The notes beneath the pieces were generated by a model. The model did no database searches and was not told where the DNA came from. It was given only the letters and a program-made list of their open reading frames with translations. Shown here piece after piece: positions 12,984 to 23,299 of a DNA stretch of 64,000 nucleotides. Position numbers and translations under genes: made by a program. The stretch is from an uncultured Hormoscilla sp. (GTDB lineage: Bacteria; Cyanobacteriota; Cyanobacteriia; Cyanobacteriales; Desertifilaceae). Every line of letters starts with the position of its first letter. Within the stretch, counting starts at the first letter, position 1. The DNA lies in assembly GCA_963921275.4 (NCBI GenBank), contig OZ001293.3, positions 5,504,001-5,568,000 of the forward strand, written 5' to 3'.

Positions 12984-14051
12984 GTGGACTGGTGGAAGAA
13001 ACTGAAAAATAATCCTTTGGCCCGCTCGGGAGCCTCGCTGCTGCTGGTTTTCTATATAACTGTGATGGCAGCAGGCTTCGTCGCCCCTTATGACCCCTAT
13101 GTGGGACAGCAGGATGGGGCGCTGTTGCCGCCAACGAGGATTTACTGGCGCAATCAAGCAGGAGAGTTTATTGGCCCTCATGTTTATCCGACGACCCAGG
13201 GATCGGTGAGCCTGGAAACGGGCGATCGGGCTCTGATCGTAGATCGCACTCAGCCCTCACCTTTGGGTTTGTTTGTCAAGGGAGACCCCTATAAACTGTT
13301 TGGGGTGTTCCCGACAGACATTCACCTATTCGGCGCTAAGGGTGAAGGAAAGCTGAATATTCTGGGCACGGACGAGCAAGCACGAGACCAGTTCAGTCGC
13401 ATAGTCTATGGCGGTCAAATTAGCCTCAGTATCGGTTTGGTGGGAATTGCAATTTCCTTTCCCTTGGGCATGCTGATCGGAGGCATATCTGGCTATTTTG
13501 GCGGCTGGGCGGACGCAGTTTTGATGCGGATGGTGGAAGTGCTGATGACCATTCCCGGGATATATCTGTTGGTGGCCCTAGCTGCCGTGCTGCCCCCAGG
13601 CTTGACAAGTACCCAGCGGTTTCTGATGATTGTGGCGATCACTTCTTTTATTAGCTGGGCCGGGTTGGCACGGGTGATCCGCGGACAGGTACTCTCGATT
13701 AAGGAGCGGGAATTTGTCCAAGCGGCAAAGGTGATGGGGGCTAATCCGCTCTCTATTATTGTCCGTCATGTCTTGCCCCAAACGGCGACTTATGCGATCA
13801 TTTCGGCGACGCTATCGATTCCGAGCTTTATTGTGGCAGAATCAGTGCTGAGTCTGATCGGCCTGGGAATTCAGCAACCAGATCCTTCTTGGGGAAATTT
13901 GCTTTCATCTGCAAGTAATGCTTCAATTTTGGTGTTGCAGCCTTGGTTAGTATGGCCGCCAGCTTTGTTGATTATCTTGACGGTGTTGGCGTTTAATTTA
14001 TTAGGGGATGGATTAAGGGATGCATTGGATCCGAGAAGTTTACAGGGTTAG
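12984..14051 (+). CDS. Peptide ABC transporter permease (DppC/OppC-like)
   Basis: LGTDEQARDQFSR, EAA loop (REFVQAAKVMGA) and FNLLGDGLRDALDP. Confidence 0.93.
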   Translation: MDWWKKLKNNPLARSGASLLLVFYITVMAAGFVAPYDPYVGQQDGALLPPTRIYWRNQAGEFIGPHVYPTTQGSVSLETGDRALIVDRTQPSPLGLFVKGDPYKLFGVFPTDIHLFGAKGEGKLNILGTDEQARDQFSRIVYGGQISLSIGLVGIAISFPLGMLIGGISGYFGGWADAVLMRMVEVLMTIPGIYLLVALAAVLPPGLTSTQRFLMIVAITSFISWAGLARVIRGQVLSIKEREFVQAAKVMGANPLSIIVRHVLPQTATYAIISATLSIPSFIVAESVLSLIGLGIQQPDPSWGNLLSSASNASILVLQPWLVWPPALLIILTVLAFNLLGDGLRDALDPRSLQG

Positions 14052-14135
14052 GATTCACTCCTGTACTGACACTCGCTGGCAGCGACGGTATGAAGACTTG
14101 GGTTTGGGATTCATGGAAATTATTAGTAAATTGGC

Positions 14136-14777
14136 TTATGTAGCTGAGTCGGTTTTCACGGGATGCTGTCCGTAGAAGGGCAGGGCCTGTTGCCAACTAG
14201 GACGTTTTCCAAGTTGCCAGTCGAGATGGGCAAGTTCTAGGACGCTGAACGCGGAAGCACCAAGATCTGCTGGGGCAACAATAAGTTGGTAGGGAGTCTC
14301 CCAACTATCGAGGGTTTGTTGCCAGATATCGGGGGCCCGTGCCCCATCTGGTAACAAGGGGGTAACTCCTTGGCCATTGACTTCGTAGATGGCGGTGAAT
14401 AACTGACCCCGCTGGGCAGGCATTTGTATGGCAATATTACTAAATTCTACAGAACTGTGCGATCGGGCGATCGCGGCCAGAGAGGAGACTGGGAACAGGG
14501 GAATATCCAGCTGCTGTGCCAAGGTCCGGGCGGTTACGACGCCCATGCGGGTGCCAGTGAAGCTGCCTGGACCGGTTGCTACAGCGATGAAGGCTAAGTC
14601 TGTCCAAGTTTGGGGTCCGATAAATTCAGCTAGTAGCAGGTGTAGCTGGGCGGACAGTTCCCGCCCCAAGTCCCAGGTTTGATAGCGGCTATCAGAGGAA
14701 AAGTTGGCTAAGGCTAAACCTAGTTGAGGGCTGCTAGTATGGAGGGCTAAACCGTATAAGTGGCGATCGGATGTCAC
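14136..14777 (-). CDS. tsaB: t6A biosynthesis protein TsaB
   Basis: LALHTSS...IAVATGPGSFTGTRMG. Confidence 0.92.
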   Translation of the reverse strand: MTSDRHLYGLALHTSSPQLGLALANFSSDSRYQTWDLGRELSAQLHLLLAEFIGPQTWTDLAFIAVATGPGSFTGTRMGVVTARTLAQQLDIPLFPVSSLAAIARSHSSVEFSNIAIQMPAQRGQLFTAIYEVNGQGVTPLLPDGARAPDIWQQTLDSWETPYQLIVAPADLGASAFSVLELAHLDWQLGKRPSWQQALPFYGQHPVKTDSAT

Positions 14778-14797
14778 GGCAAGATATATTAGGTTGA

Positions 14798-15037
14798 TTA
14801 TCGTTTACTAGCGTGGAGAATGGTGATGCCAATAATCTCTTCGCGCCTATCGTAGCGGATAATGACATCATCATCGGTGAGTTCGCTATCATCAGCTGGT
14901 AACGCTGGTTCGTGAAAACTGATGTAAAACACATCTGCTTCTGAGTCGTAAGCAGTCCAGAAATCACGCTTCGGTAATTTGTTCGTTACTTTTGCTAGTT
15001 GTAAATATTGCTGTATATCAATACTGACTACGGCCAT
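14798..15037 (-). CDS. DUF2283 small protein (putative antitoxin)
   Basis: YDSEADVFYISF...EIIGITIL. Confidence 0.75.
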   Translation of the reverse strand: MAVVSIDIQQYLQLAKVTNKLPKRDFWTAYDSEADVFYISFHEPALPADDSELTDDDVIIRYDRREEIIGITILHASKR

Positions 15038-15190
15038 AATTGTCTCCTTCTGTTCAAAGAACGAATTTTGCGGGTCAGATAAGCAGTGATGATAAATCCA
15101 TCATCTTCAAATTCTCGATAGGCAACAACCAGCCATTTCCCGGGGGTGAACTCACTAATAGCTAATATTTCTTGTTCGCTGCCTTCAAGA
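15028..15190 (-). pseudogene. C-terminal half of a DUF4258/BrnT-like toxin
   Basis: GKWLVVAYREFEDDGFIITAYLT, overlapping the DUF2283 start. The N-terminus is replaced by WD40 sequence. Confidence 0.6.
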
Positions 15191-15616
15191 ATCCGGTTTG
15201 TATGTCCTGTCAGACGGTTAATCCGTTTACCAGTTATCATATTCCAGATTTTGATGGTTTTGTCTTTGCTGCCACTCACCAGTCGCCTTGCTTCTTTGGC
15301 AAATAACTCCGCTGCTTTCGATGTCTAAAGGGCCCACTATTCGTACTGCACCGTTCCGGCGTCTTCCGCGGAAGACACCGCCGGAAAAATCGGAGTACAT
15401 CGCTCAGTCATATCTGGGTATTAGTGTTGCGGTAAAAACTGCTTGATTACGCAACTGGGATGAGATGGCTTATATTCATCTACTGCTAAGCATGCTCAGG
15501 GGACGATAGCGATCGCACAACAGTAACTTTGACCGACAGTTGGCGCAGTTGGCGCAACTCGGCGCATTTCTGGTATTTTGCAGATTCTGGCAATTGGGAT
15601 TTAGACAGTAATTCAT
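15191..15616 (-). pseudogene. Ser/Thr kinase-WD40 gene collapsed by deletions
   Basis: Consecutive pieces MNYCLNPNCQ..CANCRSKLLLCDRYR / AVDEYKPSHPSCVIKQFLP / KAAELFAKEARRL / VSGSKDKTIKIWN..LTGH in about 430 bp. Confidence 0.75.
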
Positions 15617-15643
15617 CCGATCTCCTTTGAGAAGTTAATACAA

Positions 15644-17317
15644 CTATTCTCCTGGATTGCCCTGAACATAAAACAATGGTAAACCTATCAACAAGCAAGC
15701 TAACAGGATGCTAAATCCTCCTTTGAGCAACCAACTGACATGAACTAACCCTAGGATTATACATCCTAGGATAACTGAATTCACTAATTTCTCTTCTTGA
15801 AAGTTTTCGTCTCTGCGCATCCGATTTTTCACGACCATGAACCCACCTGCGGCCATCGTTGCTACGAGCGGATGCCACAGCACTATACGGAAATTTAACA
15901 CAAAGCTTAGCATGGCAAAGGTTAATAAATCCAGCCAAAATTTTCTATCCTGCAATTGTGCCAACCAGAATCTTTGGGTTTGATATTCAGCTAGCTTTAC
16001 TTTGGCTGACTTAAATAACGATGAATTTTCGGGCTTGACTTGATAATCATGCTTCCACTCCGTAATTCGCTGCACTTGCCCAAACACTTTAATGGTTTCT
16101 ACTGATGCTGGTAATTCATGCTCGCCGATCGTCTTGACAATTTCTTTACCTAAATAGGAGTAATTGATTGGCGTCCCTTTCTCCCGCTGGAGGACGATAG
16201 TTACATATTTTTTCCCCCAAGTTAGCTTGACCTTTACCCAGTATTTAGTCAAGCTTGCCTGCAAAGCTTGTTCTATTTTCGTAGCCTTTCTCTTTTCGGG
16301 ATGCAGTGACACAACTTTGGGGTTTTGGGGTTGCGGTTTGGGGAGTTTCTCAGAAACAACTAGCGGTGGTGGCGGTGGTGGCGGCGCAACTAGGGGTGGT
16401 AATGGGACAGATGAGCTTTTCTGTACCGGGTTTAAGTCAGAGAGTATATAGGACGCTGATGAATAGCGACGTTTGAGGGCATTACAGAGCATTTTATCGA
16501 GAATTTGCCCTAGATGATTGGTAATTGGCGTTCTTAAAAAATCCCGCCACACCCATCTACCTTCTGTGCTATCATATAAGTCAAAGGGAGGAATCATCGT
16601 CAGTAGATGAATGCAGGTGACGCCTAAGCTATAGATGTCGCTGGCAAATACTGCTTTCCCTAAAAGTTGTTCTGGGGCTGTGTAAGCTGCACTACCTATG
16701 ACTGTACCTGTCTTGGGCCCAGGGGGTGTTACTTTGGCCGCACCAAAATCAACTAGAATCAGTTCACCCGATCCTGTACTCCGACGGATGATATTCTCAG
16801 GCTTGATGTCCCGGTGAATTACTTGCCGATCGTGAATATATTCTAAGACCGGTAACAGTTCCTTCAGTAGCTGGCGAATCTTCAGTTCGCTAAAGGCCCC
16901 CTGGTTTTCCAGTTCTTGGGCTAAATTTTGCCCCTCAATGAACTCTTGCACTAGATACTGCTGATAGCGCTGCGCTGGGCGCGTAGCGCTATCGTCCTGG
17001 GTGAAGTATGCTAGCAGATGGGGAATCTGGGCATGAACTCCCAGCTGTTCTAGCCGTACTGCTTCTTGGTAAAATCTTTCCGTACTAGAGGCGTAAGAGG
17101 TTTGCTGTTCTCTCAAAAGCTGCTTGATCGCACAAAGTGGTTGAGATGGTTTGTACTCGTCCACCGCTAAGAAGGTTCTGCCGAAACCACCAGACCCTAG
17201 GAGTTTGATGCCATGGTAGCGATCGCCCAAAAGTAAATTGGCCCCACAACCCAAGCAAACCTGGACATCATCTGGGTTCTGGGGGTTCTGGCAAGCGGGA
17301 TTAAAACAATAACTCAT
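15644..17317 (-). CDS. Ser/Thr protein kinase with 4-Cys prefix and C-terminal TM segments
   Basis: MSYCFNPAC, LGSGGFGRT, HRDIKPEN, DFG, APE, Pro-rich linker. Confidence 0.93.
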   Translation of the reverse strand: MSYCFNPACQNPQNPDDVQVCLGCGANLLLGDRYHGIKLLGSGGFGRTFLAVDEYKPSQPLCAIKQLLREQQTSYASSTERFYQEAVRLEQLGVHAQIPHLLAYFTQDDSATRPAQRYQQYLVQEFIEGQNLAQELENQGAFSELKIRQLLKELLPVLEYIHDRQVIHRDIKPENIIRRSTGSGELILVDFGAAKVTPPGPKTGTVIGSAAYTAPEQLLGKAVFASDIYSLGVTCIHLLTMIPPFDLYDSTEGRWVWRDFLRTPITNHLGQILDKMLCNALKRRYSSASYILSDLNPVQKSSSVPLPPLVAPPPPPPPLVVSEKLPKPQPQNPKVVSLHPEKRKATKIEQALQASLTKYWVKVKLTWGKKYVTIVLQREKGTPINYSYLGKEIVKTIGEHELPASVETIKVFGQVQRITEWKHDYQVKPENSSLFKSAKVKLAEYQTQRFWLAQLQDRKFWLDLLTFAMLSFVLNFRIVLWHPLVATMAAGGFMVVKNRMRRDENFQEEKLVNSVILGCIILGLVHVSWLLKGGFSILLACLLIGLPLFYVQGNPGE

Positions 17318-17327
17318 TGACGCGCCT

Positions 17328-17576
17328 TTAGGTAGGAATTAGTTCTCCGGGACGCAACAGCGCCCATTTACCAGTCTCCTGCTTAAAGCTGAGACAACCG
17401 ACAACGTCCCATTCCATCTCAATAATATCTTCTCTTTGGCGGATATTCACATTGATGGAGGGTTCAGTGGCTTCAAAATCTGGGGCCTCAGTTAGGTGCG
17501 GCTGCTGGTGTTGCGTTTCCACCGCATGATAGGTGGTGCAATGATCGACATAATGGCAGTTCACGCAAATACACAT
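17328..17576 (-). CDS. ycf34: Ycf34 family protein
   Basis: MCICVNCHYVDHCTTYHAVETQH...EWDVVGC. Confidence 0.9.
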   Translation of the reverse strand: MCICVNCHYVDHCTTYHAVETQHQQPHLTEAPDFEATEPSINVNIRQREDIIEMEWDVVGCLSFKQETGKWALLRPGELIPT

Positions 17577-17824
17577 TTTCCCATGGCTTCCATTACAGGC
17601 TTTCTGTTAATCTAGCTTAAACTTGGGGCGATCGGGAGTATTCCTTTTTTCTAAATGATCGCGCGGTGTCTGGAGTGTGTCGAGTCCTTCAGGACAAGAG
17701 CACGCGGAAGACGCCGCCCACAACCCCGGCTGCGCCCGACCCACCTCACTCACCCCCAGGCTAAAGCCTGGGGCTACACAAGCAAAGCCCGCCTGCGCGG
17801 GCTTGATGGTCAATTAGGATGGGA

Positions 17825-17930
17825 CCGGTGATTTTGGTCTCGGTTGAGGTAATTTTGTTCTCGCTTGAGCAAATTTTGTTCAACGGTGAGGTAATTTTGC
17901 TCTCGCTTGAGGCACTGGATGCTCAACTGT
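17825..17930. repeat. Degenerate 21-bp tandem array
   Basis: Units like GAGGTAATTTTGTTCTCGCTT start at 17846, 17867, 17888 and 17909. Confidence 0.7.
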
Positions 17931-17972
17931 CAGATAATTTTGCAACCGTAATGGTCCATTTGTAGTAGTTTT

Positions 17973-19313
17973 ATGGCTATGCTCGATACTGCTGCGCACC
18001 CAGCGCAGCGCTTACGGACTCTGAATGCCCTATCTCCGGAAACCTGGCCCTTTAGCCTAGAGTGGTTGCCCGCTGATGCTTATCTGGTAGGCGGTGCGGT
18101 GCGGGATGCCTTGCTGTCAAGTCGATGCCTGAGGGGTTTTTGCGTCAGCGCAGCGCAGCCGCGGCTGCATGCATCCCGAAGGCATCGAAGACGGGAGTAC
18201 CTGGATCTGGATTTTGTCATGCCCGCTGATGCTGTGGAAACGGCCAAACAGATCGCCAGTCACTATCAAGCTGGGTTTGTGGTCCTGGATGCGGACAGGC
18301 AAATTGCTAGAGTGGTGTTCTCATGCCTAACAATTGACTTTGCCCAGCAGGAGGGGGAAACCCTGGCCGCTGACTTGGGACGCCGAGACTTTACTATAAA
18401 TGCGATCGCCTACCATCTACAAAGGGGGGAACTGGTAGATCCCCTGGGAGGTTGTGCGGACTTGGAAGCAAAAATTATCCGTATGGTATCGCGCCAAAAC
18501 CTTCAAGATGACCCATTACGATTATTACGAGCATACCGCCAAGCTGCCCAGTTGGGTTTTGTCATCGAACCGGAAACGAGTTCTACTATTGGGGAACTCG
18601 CGCCCCATTTGTCAAGGGTAGCAGCGGAACGGGTACGAGTCGAGGTGGAGTTTATGCTGGATAATGCTTGTGGCACGATCGAATTGCAAGCTGCTTTTGA
18701 AAATAGTTTACTCGCCCCTTGGTTTCCGAGTGCTACAGCAGCGGGGTTGGCAAGAGTCGCAGCAGTCGATCAGGTCTTTGTCTTGTTGGCAGAATGTTGG
18801 CCAGACCTAGGAGTAAAACTGCAAGCATCCCTGTTGGAGACGCAAAAAACTTCTTGGTTGAGTATTGCTAAATTGGCGAGTCTGTTAAACCCCGATCCTC
18901 AGAAAGCTGAAGCCGAGTTATTACACTTAAAATACTCTCGTGTGGGATTGCGGGCAACCCTTGCGACCCTGAAGAGTTTACCCCAACTGCAAGCAGGCCC
19001 AATGTCTTTGCGAGAACAATATTTCTTCTTTCGGGAAGTCGGCGAGGCGTTTCCTGCTGCTTGCGTACTGACGGTGGCCAGTGGAGTGGACAAACAGGCG
19101 ATCGCCCCAATGATCGATCGCTATCTAGATCCGCAAGATCCTGCTGCTCATCCTACGGCCCTCGTGACGGGAACAGATTTGATGTCAGCACTCAATTTAC
19201 CGAGGGGAAGACAAATTGGCAAGTTACTGACAGAAATTCAGATCGCCCAGGTTGAGGGAAAGGTCTCGACAGCAGCAGAAACTTTAGAATTCGCCGCCCA
19301 ACTACTGAATTAA
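17973..19313 (+). CDS. tRNA nucleotidyltransferase (class II, CCA/CC-adding type)
   Basis: LVGGAVRD..DLDF, DLGRRDFTINAIA, DDPLRLLRAYR and ERV motifs. Carries two in-frame palindromic insertions. Confidence 0.9.
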   Translation: MAMLDTAAHPAQRLRTLNALSPETWPFSLEWLPADAYLVGGAVRDALLSSRCLRGFCVSAAQPRLHASRRHRRREYLDLDFVMPADAVETAKQIASHYQAGFVVLDADRQIARVVFSCLTIDFAQQEGETLAADLGRRDFTINAIAYHLQRGELVDPLGGCADLEAKIIRMVSRQNLQDDPLRLLRAYRQAAQLGFVIEPETSSTIGELAPHLSRVAAERVRVEVEFMLDNACGTIELQAAFENSLLAPWFPSATAAGLARVAAVDQVFVLLAECWPDLGVKLQASLLETQKTSWLSIAKLASLLNPDPQKAEAELLHLKYSRVGLRATLATLKSLPQLQAGPMSLREQYFFFREVGEAFPAACVLTVASGVDKQAIAPMIDRYLDPQDPAAHPTALVTGTDLMSALNLPRGRQIGKLLTEIQIAQVEGKVSTAAETLEFAAQLLN

Positions 19314-19339
19314 GAAACCCGGTTTTGACAAAAAACCGG
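19314..19339. repeat. Dispersed hairpin or terminator-like repeat
   Basis: GAAACCCGGTTTT..AAAACCGGG. Similar copies occur at about 45392-45424 and 53981-54011, each just after a stop codon. Confidence 0.65.
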
Positions 19340-19421
19340 GCTAGAGGGCTAGGTTTCTGGGTAGTGGTCAAGATGTAGTGGTTTGACTACGGGGATCTCA
19401 GGGTTTCAGGCGCTAAAATCA

Positions 19422-20261
19422 CTACTTGTGACCCACTACCCCCTCCAATCGTGCTACCTGCTCGTCCCAGAAAGTGACCCACAAATCGCAATACTGCATG
19501 CAGAGCTGAGCAATCTTTTCACGCTCCTCTGGCAAGAGAGACCCCTGCAGAATGTACCAAAGGTCATCCTCGTGGGTATCATCGTCTGCTTCTGCTTCAC
19601 TATCGTCGCTCGTACCGTGGCACATGTAATAGCCAGATTGAACGTTAACTCCAATGGCTTTGGTGTTCTCCCGTAGAGGTGCGCTGAAAAGGACAACGAC
19701 TTCTTCCCCAACTGCCATCAGGCTGACAACCTGACTTAAGCTGTCATAGGTAGACTCTAGATGCTGAACAATTTTTTGGGAGATCTCGCTGAGAACGTAT
19801 TTGTTTCGCTCCGTTCGACTAATCCCCATTGCGTCGATCACATCCTCAAACATGGGATAGTGTGCAGCGAAAGAGTTGCCTCGATAGTAACCATTTGCAT
19901 CGACCCCAGGGCGGAATCCGAATTCGTCGAGCACATTCAGGGTGAGCAAAAATCTGGCATGCATTTTTGAACCGGACGTTAAGCGTGGTTCTAGCTGCCG
20001 ACATTGGAATTGCGCCATCAAGAGTGCGTCGGTAAAGATCTGGACCATGGCGTGACGATACTCAAGATGGATTTTTTTTATCGCTTCTTTGCTGAACGCC
20101 GCTTCCCGGAGGAGTCTGATGGCTGGGTGGTTTGTAATCGCGTGATTGCCTATTTCCTTACGTAGACGGGTGATAAATACGCTGTTCTGTTGCCAATCGA
20201 CATCGGAAACCGAGCCTCGAATGGCTTTTCTGGCGCTATCACGAGGGTTATCCCATTGCAT
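19422..20261 (-). CDS. Heme-oxygenase-like diiron (HDO) superfamily protein of unknown function
   Basis: All-helical 279 aa with a ligand pattern NVLDE..AAHY / AVGEE / YYMCHG..DDTHE and C-terminal LWVTFWD. Confidence 0.7.
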   Translation of the reverse strand: MQWDNPRDSARKAIRGSVSDVDWQQNSVFITRLRKEIGNHAITNHPAIRLLREAAFSKEAIKKIHLEYRHAMVQIFTDALLMAQFQCRQLEPRLTSGSKMHARFLLTLNVLDEFGFRPGVDANGYYRGNSFAAHYPMFEDVIDAMGISRTERNKYVLSEISQKIVQHLESTYDSLSQVVSLMAVGEEVVVLFSAPLRENTKAIGVNVQSGYYMCHGTSDDSEAEADDDTHEDDLWYILQGSLLPEEREKIAQLCMQYCDLWVTFWDEQVARLEGVVGHK

Positions 20262-20610
20262 GATTCCACTCCTTCATGACTGGAGAGTACTCCGTTCTCA
20301 CAGAATACGACCTAGCCTAAAAGCTGAGACCCTTGCTGAGAGCAGCTTACAGCCCGTAGAAGCCAGCTTTATGCCCGGCTGTAAGTCTCTCGGGCTGAAA
20401 CCCGCTTATGACAGGCAGTTATCCAAAGAACTTCCCACTGTCCAGTTCATGAATTATAAATTTTATCCTGGACTATTATAGCCCATATTTTGCTCTACAG
20501 TATTTATCATCAATACTTCGGACAGTTTTTCAGTGGCAATCGACTTGCGCTTTTTGCGGCTATTGAATGTGTCATTGCGAGAGGGGGCCCTTGCCGAGAT
20601 TACCGAAACT

Positions 20611-21753
20611 GGTAGTAATAAACATGTAGTGACATGACATACCATCCCTCTCTTAATCTGCATTTTTTAAGAGGACAATATAACATTTTGACTCTTATAT
20701 TAAGAAATCTTATCTAAGTTATAAGCTATTTAAATATCTCGCTTCTTGGGAAAATGCTATATTGTTATTAGTTTTATAATTTCATGAAAAGATGAGCATA
20801 TCGTTAGATTTGTGTTGGCGACCAGATTGTCCTAAGTGTAATAGTGCGCGAATCGTGAAAAATGGCAGCACTCATAATAAGAAGCAAAAATATAAGTGTA
20901 AAGATTGTGGCAGGCAATTTGTTTAAAACCATATAAAAAAGCAGATATCACCAGAAAATAAAAAGAGCATAGATGTTCTATTACTTGAAATAATTGCCTT
21001 GACTGGAATTGCTCGTATAACTAAAGTTTCCCAAACATTGCTTCAAAATTAAGTTAATAAAAAATCTGCTGAAACTCCCCGGTAAATAAAGGTTTCAGAC
21101 AAGCAAAAAGGCAAATTATGTATTGAATGTGACGAAATGTGGTCTTTCGTAGGGAATAAAGAAAATTAACAATGGATAAGGTTGGTACTCGATACAAAAA
21201 CAAGAGAAATTGTGGGACTTTATGTGGGCGATCGCAGTCGGTAATCGGCAAGACAATTGTGTAAATATTTACCTCCTGTTGCTCGACAATGGGCGGTTTG
21301 TTACACAGACTATTGGGAAGCGTAGGCTCTTCGGTACTTAGTATGGTATTTTGTTAAAAAAATAACGTTGTAAGCCTTGCTGCACAAGGCTGAGAGCCAC
21401 TTAGCATACAAAATGAAGGTAAAATGGCTTAATAAATTTGCAAAAGCCTTACACTGCAATGCTTTTGGCTATTTTTTACTATCAATTTAGCAAACCAAGT
21501 ACCGAAGACCCGAAGCGTATAACACAGTAATTCCGAAAAAGCGTCATCAAGCAGTGGGAAAAAAACTGGAAAAAATAATCATATTGAAAGTTTAAATAAC
21601 ACTTTAATACAAATAATTAGTCGATTAGTTCGTAAAAGATTATCATTTGACAAAAAGCTGGAAAATCAGATTGGATAAATTTGGAATTTTGTGCATGATT
21701 ACAATAAATGTTTGTCGGGATAGATGATGCATCACCACATGTTTATTACTACC
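20611..21753 (+). mobile_element. Degenerate IS1-family element
   Basis: IRs GGTAGTAATAAACATGT(A/G)GTGA. InsA zinc finger CPKCNS..KQKYKCKDCGRQF and InsB ECDEMWSFVGNK / TDYWEAY, with many stops. Confidence 0.85.
21325..21511. mobile_element. 187-bp MITE with ISL3-like ends
   Basis: IRs GGCTCTTCGGTACTT / AAGTACCGAAGACCC and an 8-bp TSD GAAGCGTA (21317-21324 and 21512-21519). Confidence 0.85.
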
Positions 21754-21766
21754 GGTTTCTGGGCTA

Positions 21767-22558
21767 CTATGATAAATCGCCAAAGCGTTCCTTGTATTGA
21801 GCTAGTAAAGCTGCCATCTCTGCTATCTGCTGCTGTGTTAAGGCATTAGTTGCCTCTAGTTCATGGTACGCTGTCTTTAGTTCCAGGGAAGTTTGCAGGC
21901 GATCGCCTGTTTGGGCGTCTTCCATGACGATGCGGCCCGAGCGCAAGCTCATGAACAACCCTACTGTTTCGCACAGGATCCGCCCTTCTTCATCGGGGGT
22001 TATGGGTTGGTAATTTTCGCCCACGAGGCGATAACCCAATACTTCTTCTGATACTGTACGTCGCTCAATGATGACGTACTCCTGCACTTTCCCTTCCGCA
22101 TATTCGACTACTTTGATCTCGCGATCTTCTTTGCGATAGCGGGGAGAGACAACTTCAATTATCAAGGCCGGGCGAGTTCCCTCGTTCTCTACCACAAATT
22201 TGCTGCGATTTTGTTCCGGGTTGCGCACATTGAAGGCCAGGAATACATCGGGACAGTTATCTGGCTTATTGGGGATGTCCCACCCGATCAATAAGTCTCG
22301 GAAGATGCCAACGGTGCAAGCGTTGGCGTAGCGACGCTTGAGCATATCTTTGGCATCGTCAGCTACGGTATCGTAAAATGTACTGTTAGGCAAGCGATCT
22401 CCTAGTTGAGGGTGCAGAAATTGTTCGGAAGTCAGGGGAATGCGCTGATAGATAATGGTCCCATCTGGTTGGGATGATTCTACCACTCGCCAGCCCCGTT
22501 CGGCTAATTCTGTCGCGCGATCGCCAGTTTTTTATGGTTTAATTTGTAAGCTGACCAT
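21767..22558 (-). pseudogene. Uma2 (DUF820) family endonuclease with an early in-frame stop
   Basis: CPDVF, LIIEVVSP..DREIK..YA. TAA at codon 9. A restart at 22486 is possible. Confidence 0.8.
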
Positions 22559-22980
22559 CCTTCATTTCTCTGCTACTAAAGGAATAATTAACTAATTGAA
22601 AATAGATAAGAGCTAATTGCTATTAGCCATTCTCAATTTACCATTTGACATTAACAACAATCATCATAGCCTCCCAAGAGGCTATCGAGGGAAATCAGTT
22701 TGCGATCGCCAAAGCTAAAAAAATTGCTCGTCCGTGAGTTGCAGTTCTAATTCCAGAGGCGATTGTAAATATACCATGAGTGCAAAAATTAGGAGTTTAG
22801 TTCTAGTCTAACACAGGTCGAGCGATCCGGGGTACATCATATCGGAAACGCTGATGCGATCGCTGCGCTTCCGATCGGAGATATTACTCTAGCGGAAATT
22901 ATAGAGTCAGCACGAGAAGCCATCTACAGTCCGAAACACCGGTAATATCTACAACCAATCTACCCACAATTATCATAGAA

Positions 22981-23085
22981 ACGGAATAGTCGTGCTCAGG
23001 CACGGAATAGTCGTGCTCAGGCACGGAATAGTCGTGCTCAGGCACGGAATAGTCGTGCTCAGGCACGGAATAGTCGTGCTCAGGC
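22981..23085. repeat. Five exact copies of a 21-bp tandem repeat
   Basis: ACGGAATAGTCGTGCTCAGGC x5. Confidence 0.95.
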
Positions 23086-23299
23086 GTCGTGTAGGGCCGG
23101 TAGATATAAAAGACCGCTTTTCAGCAAGTGATTCATTTTGTATACGAATCGTAGACGAAGAAAGCCAGCGTCGGAGGAAACCTGCTGGGGTATGAGGTTG
23201 CGAAATATGGGTTAAATTGAGAGACACCCAACTTTGACAGTATAGTGGCAAAAAAAATTATGATATGATAATTTCCGGAGTGATGGACCGAGATGTATG

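Noticed and set aside
22973..23251. ORFs with LRHGIVV / CLSTTIP heptads
   Set aside because: They stay open only because of the 21-bp repeat, and there is no other coding evidence.
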